Positions 58,676 through 64,000 of a stretch of 64,000 nt of DNA are shown piece after piece. The stretch comes from Thermodesulfovibrionia bacterium (GTDB taxonomy: Bacteria; Nitrospirota; Thermodesulfovibrionia; UBA6902): NCBI GenBank assembly GCA_020053105.1, contig JAGVNU010000082.1:1693-65692 (forward strand). The letters are read 5' to 3'. Positions within the stretch are counted from its first letter, which is position 1; each line of letters opens with the position of its first letter. The notes under the pieces were generated by a model. That model did no database searches. It was not told where the DNA came from and saw nothing but the letters and a program-made list of their open reading frames with translations. Both the position numbers and the translations under genes were made by a program.

Positions 58676-58750
58676 TGGGGCGTCGTCAAGCGGTAAGACA
58701 CCAGGTTTTGGTCCTGGCATTCGGGGGTTCGAATCCTCCCGCCCCAGCCA
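58676..58750 (+). tRNA. tRNA-Gln (anticodon TTG)
   Basis: TGGGGCGTCGTCAAGCGGTAAGACACCAGGTTTTGGTCCTGGCATTCGGGGGTTCGAATCCTCCCGCCCCAGCCA. Cloverleaf with anticodon loop tTTTGgt, T-loop GGTTCGAATCC, 3' CCA encoded. Very similar to E. coli tRNA-Gln. Confidence 0.9.
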
Positions 58751-58858
58751 GAAATACAGCATTTAAAAATAAGTTGTCAGCTATCAGCTAATTTTTATGC
58801 AGCATAAAGGGGCTAGAGATTTAGCTGATGGCTTAAAGCTTATAAACTAGGAGGGACG

Positions 58859-59800
58859 ATGCCACAGGGTATTCAATTGTTTACAGGCAATTCCAATCGG
58901 ATTTTGGCCAAGGAGATTGCGGATGTGTTAAATATCCCGGTAGGGAAAGCTACTGTCTCCAATTTCAGTGACGGCGAGATAATGGTGCAGATCAATGAAA
59001 ATGTGAGAGGCTCGGATGTCTTTGTTATTCAGTCAACATGCATGCCGGTCAATGAAAATATCATGGAACTGCTATTAATGACTGATGCCTTAAGAAGGGC
59101 TTCTGCTGCAAGGATCACTGCGGTAATGCCTTATTACGGGTATGCCAGACAGGACAGAAAGGCAGCTCCCCGGGTCCCGATTTCGGCGCGGCTGGTTGCC
59201 GATATACTGGAGGCGGTTGGAATAAGCAGGGTACTTACTATAGATTTGCATGCAGGTCAGATTCAGGGCTTCTTTGAAATACCCGTTGATCACCTTTATG
59301 CCTCACCGGTGCTTGTAGATTACGTTAAAAAAGAATATTTGAATAATCTAGTCATCGTGTCGCCTGACGCAGGAGGCGTGGAGAGGGCAAGGGCGTTTGC
59401 AAAGAGACTTAATGCGTCTCTGGCAATTATTGACAAGCGCCGTGAAAAGGCCAATGTATCTGAAGTAATGAACGTTATAGGAGAGGTAGAAGGGAAGAGC
59501 GCTCTGCTCTTTGATGATATGATAGACACCGCTGGCACGATTACTCACGCAGCGGCGGCGCTTAAAGAAAAAGGCGCCAAGAAGGTCATCGCTGCCTGCT
59601 CCCATGCCGTGCTTTCCGGCCCCGCACTGGACAGAATAAATGAATCGGCGCTTGAAGAAGTAATTGTAACCAATACAATCCCTATGGATGAAAAACAGCA
59701 GAGGTGCAATAAACTCACAGTGCTTTCAGTAGCATCATTACTTGGTGAAGCAATAAAACGGATACACGAGGAAACATCGGTCAGTTCGCTGTTTATTTGA
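58859..59800 (+). CDS. prs: ribose-phosphate pyrophosphokinase
   Basis: 313 aa. Divalent-cation site [11 protein letters not shown] and PRPP-binding loop [20 protein letters not shown]. Confidence 0.95.
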   Translation: MPQGIQLFTGNSNRILAKEIADVLNIPVGKATVSNFSDGEIMVQINENVRGSDVFVIQSTCMPVNENIMELLLMTDALRRASAARITAVMPYYGYARQDRKAAPRVPISARLVADILEAVGISRVLTIDLHAGQIQGFFEIPVDHLYASPVLVDYVKKEYLNNLVIVSPDAGGVERARAFAKRLNASLAIIDKRREKANVSEVMNVIGEVEGKSALLFDDMIDTAGTITHAAAALKEKGAKKVIAACSHAVLSGPALDRINESALEEVIVTNTIPMDEKQQRCNKLTVLSVASLLGEAIKRIHEETSVSSLFI

Positions 59801-59832
59801 AAATAATTTAAAAATAATCGGAGGTCATAAAA

Positions 59833-60498
59833 ATGGAGAAAATATTAGTCAAGGCAGACAGAAGGCCTGAGACAGGCAAGGGCAGCGCACGCAGTCTTAG
59901 AAGGGCGGGCATGGTGCCTGCCGTTGTATATTCCGGGGGCAATTCCATGCCTATTAAAGTCCAGGGCAAGCAGATGACAAAGCTCATTTATTCAGGGGTG
60001 GGAGAACATGCCCTGATTACAATTGAACTTAATGAGGACGGGGCAAAAATATCTGAACACCCGGTTCTTGTAAAAGATTATCAGCGGGACCCGCTCTCCG
60101 AAGAACTGCTGCACGTTGATTTCATGGAAGTGTCGCTTTCTGAAATGGTAAAGGTCACGGTCCGTCTCGAGATCGTCAAGCAGCCGGTGGGTGTTAAGAT
60201 GGGCGGCATCCTGCAGCATCGTTTAAGGGAAGTTGAGGTAGAGTGTCTCCCGACACAGATACCAAACACGTTTGAGGTCAATGCAGAATCAATAGAGATC
60301 GGGCATTCTCTTCATGTAAGTGACCTTCAGGTACCTGAGGGTGTAAAGATAGTTACCGATCCTTCCGAAGTCATACTTTTGGTCAGCGCCCCGGCAGCTG
60401 AAGAGGCGGCCCCGGCCGAGGCTGCAGCAGCGGCCGCAGCAGAGCCTGAATTAGTTAAGGGCAAGGGCAAAGAAGAAGCATCGAAAGACGAGAAGTAG
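59833..60498 (+). CDS. rplY: 50S ribosomal protein bL25 (general stress protein Ctc form)
   Basis: 221 aa. L25 beta-barrel N-domain (RSLRRAGMVPAVVY) plus Ctc C-domain with an Ala/Glu-rich tail. Confidence 0.9.
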   Translation: MEKILVKADRRPETGKGSARSLRRAGMVPAVVYSGGNSMPIKVQGKQMTKLIYSGVGEHALITIELNEDGAKISEHPVLVKDYQRDPLSEELLHVDFMEVSLSEMVKVTVRLEIVKQPVGVKMGGILQHRLREVEVECLPTQIPNTFEVNAESIEIGHSLHVSDLQVPEGVKIVTDPSEVILLVSAPAAEEAAPAEAAAAAAAEPELVKGKGKEEASKDEK

Positions 60499-60507
60499 TT
60501 TATTACT

Positions 60508-61065
60508 GTGTGGCTTGTGGTTGGTTTGGGCAATCCGGGAGATGATTACGCGGACACCAGGCATAACATCGGATTTATGGTTATTGATGCCCTGTCAGCC
60601 AGATGTTCCATCTCAATAAGACAGAAGACGGCAAACTTTATATACGGAAGAGGCTTTATCGGGGAGCAAAAGGCTGTCCTCATAAAGCCTCTTACTTTTA
60701 TGAACAGAAGCGGTAACGCGGTATGGGAAGCGATTAGAATGTTTGAGGATATAGATAATATTCTCATTGTTCATGACGACCTTGACCTGGAAACCGGCGC
60801 CATCAGGATCAGAAAGGCCGGTTCTTCAGGGGGACATAACGGTGTCCAGTCAATCATCGACAGACTTGGGTCCCAGGATTTTTTAAGATTAAAGATCGGA
60901 ATCGGACGGCCCAACAGAGGTCCTGCCGAGAAATATGTTCTCCGCAGTTTCAACAAACAGGAAAAGCCTGTCATGGAAGAGGCCGTTGAAAGAGCTGCCG
61001 ATGCTGTTCAGGAAATACTCGCCAAAGGTGTGACCTCCGCGCAAAACAGTTTCCATAGCAAGTAG
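60508..61065 (+). CDS. pth: peptidyl-tRNA hydrolase
   Basis: LVVGLGNPG..Y..TRHNIGF and catalytic His/Asp context. 185 aa. Confidence 0.9.
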   Translation: MWLVVGLGNPGDDYADTRHNIGFMVIDALSARCSISIRQKTANFIYGRGFIGEQKAVLIKPLTFMNRSGNAVWEAIRMFEDIDNILIVHDDLDLETGAIRIRKAGSSGGHNGVQSIIDRLGSQDFLRLKIGIGRPNRGPAEKYVLRSFNKQEKPVMEEAVERAADAVQEILAKGVTSAQNSFHSK

Positions 61066-61125
61066 GGGCGGGGTCATCCCGCCCTCTCGTTGTTTTCGAC
61101 ATAACGGGCGGGATGACCCCGACCC
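61065..61125 (+). terminator. long inverted repeat (19/20-bp arms, 21-nt loop) between convergent pth and HDOD genes
   Basis: ggggcggggtcatcccgccc ... gggcgggatgaccccgaccc. The loop contains ttgtttt. Likely a bidirectional terminator. Confidence 0.5.
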
Positions 61126-61129
61126 TGCC

Positions 61130-61978
61130 TCAGCAGCGGGACAGATTAATGATTTCATCCGAGAAAGGAATGTTCCCGATGGATTCTTCCATATCTTTCA
61201 GATCATCGTCGGATATTGAGAGGATATCGAAGGCGCAATGGTCAAGAGGGTAGGCCGGGGCATTTTCAACAGGACTGAATAGTATTTTCTGGGCCGATAT
61301 ATAGTCTGCAATATGCACTATGGCCGAACGCTTCGAATTCCTTCTTGCAAGAGACGGCGCGTGATGATACAATACTGCATCTACAACGGTTGACGGCAAA
61401 TTCCATTGATCAGCAAGCCAGAAACCTACATCAGTATGCGAATAACTCAGTATTTCTTTTTCTGCTTCAAGAAGCGGTTTTCCACTGTCCAGAGACTTCA
61501 GTATCTCCCCGTAAATTTCCGGGAAATATTTGTAAAGCGCTAATAATCCCAGATCATGCAGCAGGCCGTCGATCAATATATCATCTGCGAAATTCAACCT
61601 GAGATTTCTGGCTATGAATTGCGAGGTCAATCCTACGCATACTGAATGATGAAATAACTTTGTATAAGCATGCGTCTTTTTGCCATCTCCGATGAAACTC
61701 AACACGGCTATTCCAACTGCTATACTTTTGACATTATTGATGCCTATTCTCATTATGGCATCGTTAAGTCTGGTAGTGCGTAAAGGATATCCGAAGAATG
61801 CTGAGTTGGAAACGCTCAGGATTTTTGCAGAAATGGCAGGATCTATCTCTACTATATCCATCAGCTCATCAATGGATAGCAGAGGGTCGTTGGCCATCAC
61901 AAGTATTTTATGGGCAATTGCAGGTAATGTCGGAAGCTCCTTTATTCGCTGAACGTATGTTTTTAATATATCACCCAT
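61130..61978 (-). CDS. HDOD-domain signalling protein
   Basis: 282 aa. PTLPAIAHKIL...DPAISAKIL...HHSV...LLHDLG is the HDOD (HD-related output domain) pattern. Confidence 0.85.
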   Translation of the reverse strand: MGDILKTYVQRIKELPTLPAIAHKILVMANDPLLSIDELMDIVEIDPAISAKILSVSNSAFFGYPLRTTRLNDAIMRIGINNVKSIAVGIAVLSFIGDGKKTHAYTKLFHHSVCVGLTSQFIARNLRLNFADDILIDGLLHDLGLLALYKYFPEIYGEILKSLDSGKPLLEAEKEILSYSHTDVGFWLADQWNLPSTVVDAVLYHHAPSLARRNSKRSAIVHIADYISAQKILFSPVENAPAYPLDHCAFDILSISDDDLKDMEESIGNIPFSDEIINLSRC

Positions 61979-62281
61979 GATATGTTTTCCTCGGATTAAA
62001 TGCCCCAGGTCTTTAATGAAAAAATATATTTCATATTCTATGCCGGAGAGTTCACCGGATCAACTATAAAAAGCTTTCTGTTTCTGATCTGTAACAATAT
62101 TGATAATATAGCAATAAATCCTTTAAGATACCTCTATGGGTAGAAAAGGAGATTTTCGGACAAGTTATTATGCGTGACCTCATCGTCGGCTTTTCCGTAT
62201 TTTTCTTCGCCTTATCAGGCATTGTTCTATTTAAGGCTTTAAACATCCCTGTTGATCGTACACAAGGAGTTGTAAAACAAT

Positions 62282-63454
62282 ATGTACACTAAACACTTTG
62301 GCCTTATTATGCTCCCATTTGAGAATGTGCCTGATCCCAGGTTCTTTTTTGATCAGGGGGAACATGCAAGGATACGTAACAGGATAACTGAATCATTTAA
62401 GGCCGGTCGTGGCTTGACCATAGTAACTGGGCCCATAGGTTCAGGCAAAACGACCCTGAGTCAGATGGTCATATCTGATTTTACTGATAATATACGGCTC
62501 ATATGGATGGCGGAGCCGCCGGCAAACAGTACGGACCTTTTTTTGTTTATTGCCCAGGAGATTGGCCTGAACTCAGCTTCATCGGAGAGGGTATTTGTTC
62601 TGAGGGACATAAAGGATTCCCTGATTAAGATCAATAGTGCGGGCAGTAAATGTCTACTGATAATAGATGAATCTCATCTGATGCCTGACGATGTACTTGA
62701 CGGTATCCGAATTCTGAACAATCTTGAAGTGGGCTCCACTAAACTCATTCAGATCCTGCTGCTGGGGCAGGAGGAAATGATGAAAACAATCAACAGGCCT
62801 GAGCTGGAGGCATTCAGGCAGCGCATTGCAACCCTTGAAATGATGGGTAAGATGAATGCAGAAAGGATACGCAAATATGTCTCATATCGAATTCAGGTAG
62901 CCGGGGGCAGTTCTTCACTGCTGACGGACACGGGATGGGAAGCGCTGGTCCTGGCATTTGGTCCGGGAAGCACTCCCCGAGTAATAAATACATTGTGTGA
63001 CAGATCATTTAATACGGCTTTTGAAAAAGAGAAGAAAAATGTAGATGTAGATGATGTATATGATGCTGCCCAGGGGATGGGGCTACAGAAAGAGCTCTTT
63101 TTTTATAAGATTGCGCTTAAAAAAGAGGAGAGGGAGAAACAAGGTCTGCCCGACAAAGCAGATGTTTCCTTGAAAGAGCCGCAAGCTCATAAGGGACCTG
63201 TTCATTCATTTAACAGGGGACCGAATGGGATCGTTGTTCCGCATGGGAAAAGACAGCCGGAGGCCCAGAAACTGTATCAGAAGGAATATGAAGCTCCTTT
63301 ATCTATTTCCATAACGGACCAAAAAAGAAAAAAAGTCTTTGTAGTATTACTTTCATTATCAGTCGCAGTGCTTATTTTAAGCTTTTATTTATATTGTGAA
63401 AAATCCGGCTCTGAAGATGCTCTGACCTGCATTCAGGAATTATTTTATTTTTAG
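62282..63454 (+). CDS. ExeA/GspA-like AAA ATPase with C-terminal membrane anchor
   Basis: N-terminus MYTKHFGL...PFENVPDPRFFF is ExeA-typical. Walker A GPIGSGKTT, Walker B LLIIDESH. C-terminal TM VFVVLLSLSVAVLILSFYLYC. Confidence 0.8.
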   Translation: MYTKHFGLIMLPFENVPDPRFFFDQGEHARIRNRITESFKAGRGLTIVTGPIGSGKTTLSQMVISDFTDNIRLIWMAEPPANSTDLFLFIAQEIGLNSASSERVFVLRDIKDSLIKINSAGSKCLLIIDESHLMPDDVLDGIRILNNLEVGSTKLIQILLLGQEEMMKTINRPELEAFRQRIATLEMMGKMNAERIRKYVSYRIQVAGGSSSLLTDTGWEALVLAFGPGSTPRVINTLCDRSFNTAFEKEKKNVDVDDVYDAAQGMGLQKELFFYKIALKKEEREKQGLPDKADVSLKEPQAHKGPVHSFNRGPNGIVVPHGKRQPEAQKLYQKEYEAPLSISITDQKRKKVFVVLLSLSVAVLILSFYLYCEKSGSEDALTCIQELFYF

Positions 63455-63720
63455 ACAGAAGCTCTCTGCATTAACTCCTTTTTTTATTCTTCAGATTTTC
63501 CTCGTAAGGACCCATCGCAGATCTTCCGGGGGTGGTCCATTCATGAAATTGTATATTCGTCGGGCTATTACTGTTGACAAGCATAGCAAAAGGTGATAAT
63601 CAGATTGTAAAGGCAACGTCAGAAATGAATTGCCGGGGGGATTACCTTCCCTTAAGGAGTGGATTACCTGATACTGAAATATTTTCATGGCTCAAAAATA
63701 CTAAATCGGAGAGTTTCTGT

Positions 63721-64000
63721 ATGGCAAGAAGATCAACCTGGAGAATTCCTATCCGATTAAGTGTGATACTGAATTGCGGGAATAGGGTGTCCCCCGGAAC
63801 GGTGAAGAATATTTCGGAGACAGGTATGTTTATAAGCGCTGAAGTGACCGGCTTTGCTGAAGATTCAAAATTTGATATCTCCATTCCGCTCAAAGAGGGG
63901 GTCCTTCATGTCCCCGGTAAACTCGTAAGACTCTCAAAGATTAACGGCAGTGGTAACGGCATAGGGGTCGAGCTGATAAACCTTCCCCAGGATTATCTGG
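63721..64000 (+). CDS. single-domain PilZ protein, paralog 3 (3' end beyond window)
   Basis: MARRSTWRIPIRLSVILNCGNRVSPGTVKNISETGMFISAEV...GIGVELINLPQDYL. RxxxR and NxSxxG motifs. Candidate promoter TTGACA-15-GATAAT at about 63574-63603. Confidence 0.6.
   Translation, partial: MARRSTWRIPIRLSVILNCGNRVSPGTVKNISETGMFISAEVTGFAEDSKFDISIPLKEGVLHVPGKLVRLSKINGSGNGIGVELINLPQDYL

Noticed and set aside
1-64000. CRISPR arrays, rRNA genes, intact IS elements or integrases, restriction-modification and other canonical defence genes
   Set aside because: I scanned for regularly spaced direct repeats and for hallmark nuclease, helicase or methylase motifs and found none. The only periodic repeats are protein-coding (9262..9915) or the heptamer microsatellite.

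Overview
This 64-kb window looks like a chromosomal segment from an anaerobic deltaproteobacterium-like (Desulfobacterota-type) genome. I infer that from gene content alone: CimA, an ApgM-type homoserine kinase candidate, an HgdC/HgdB-like activase fusion, multiheme cytochromes, sigma-54 regulators and abundant c-di-GMP genes. GC is about 50% and coding density is high.

The left ~12.6 kb is accessory and decayed. It holds a 5'-truncated ORF, an rve-type transposase remnant, and a two-component cluster whose upstream receiver domain is cut and joined head-to-head to a degraded sigma-54 activator. Two activator-tail remnants form direct repeats around a small secreted-protein gene. A 2,073-aa secreted mosaic protein follows, combining a glycoside-hydrolase-like DUF5060/DUF4038 module with FN3, MopE-like Cys repeats, DUF4082 and Ig-like domains.

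The rest is mostly housekeeping:
- the oxidative pentose-phosphate operon gnd-zwf-tkt;
- a DedA/TVP38 plus FAD-disulfide oxidoreductase pair behind a consensus promoter with a perfect 14-bp palindrome;
- surE, a COG2509-type FAD protein, pcm and ilvE;
- mutS and a mazEF-like toxin-antitoxin pair;
- an apgM-like gene, lysC and cimA;
- an RseC-like gene and an EF-G paralog;
- a 1,418-aa acyl-CoA-dehydratase activase fusion;
- smc, aspC, hldE-kinase and a TPR lipoprotein;
- the conserved ispE - tRNA-Gln - prs - rplY(ctc) - pth cluster.

c-di-GMP signalling genes are scattered throughout: two GGDEF cyclases, one of them fused to REC, PAS and PilZ domains; a sensor histidine kinase; three paralogous single-domain PilZ proteins; an HDOD protein; and an ExeA-like ATPase.

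Five further points stand out:
- Homopolymer frameshifts in three genes point to sequencing error, pseudogenisation or phase variation.
- The receiver-domain junction is palindromic and could be an assembly chimera.
- Two tiny basic-protein genes, a bS22-like 31-aa peptide and a Lys/Ala-rich 32-aa H1-like peptide, flank smc and are easily missed.
- The activase fusion gene carries an (AGTCAGG)x4 heptamer repeat.
- A c-type cytochrome has a Met-rich tail.

I found no CRISPR array, rRNA gene, intact IS element or recognisable defence operon. If a single novel system was expected, the best candidates are the giant mosaic surface protein and the rearranged regulatory region at 2.6-6.3 kb. I cannot assign either to a known system from sequence alone.
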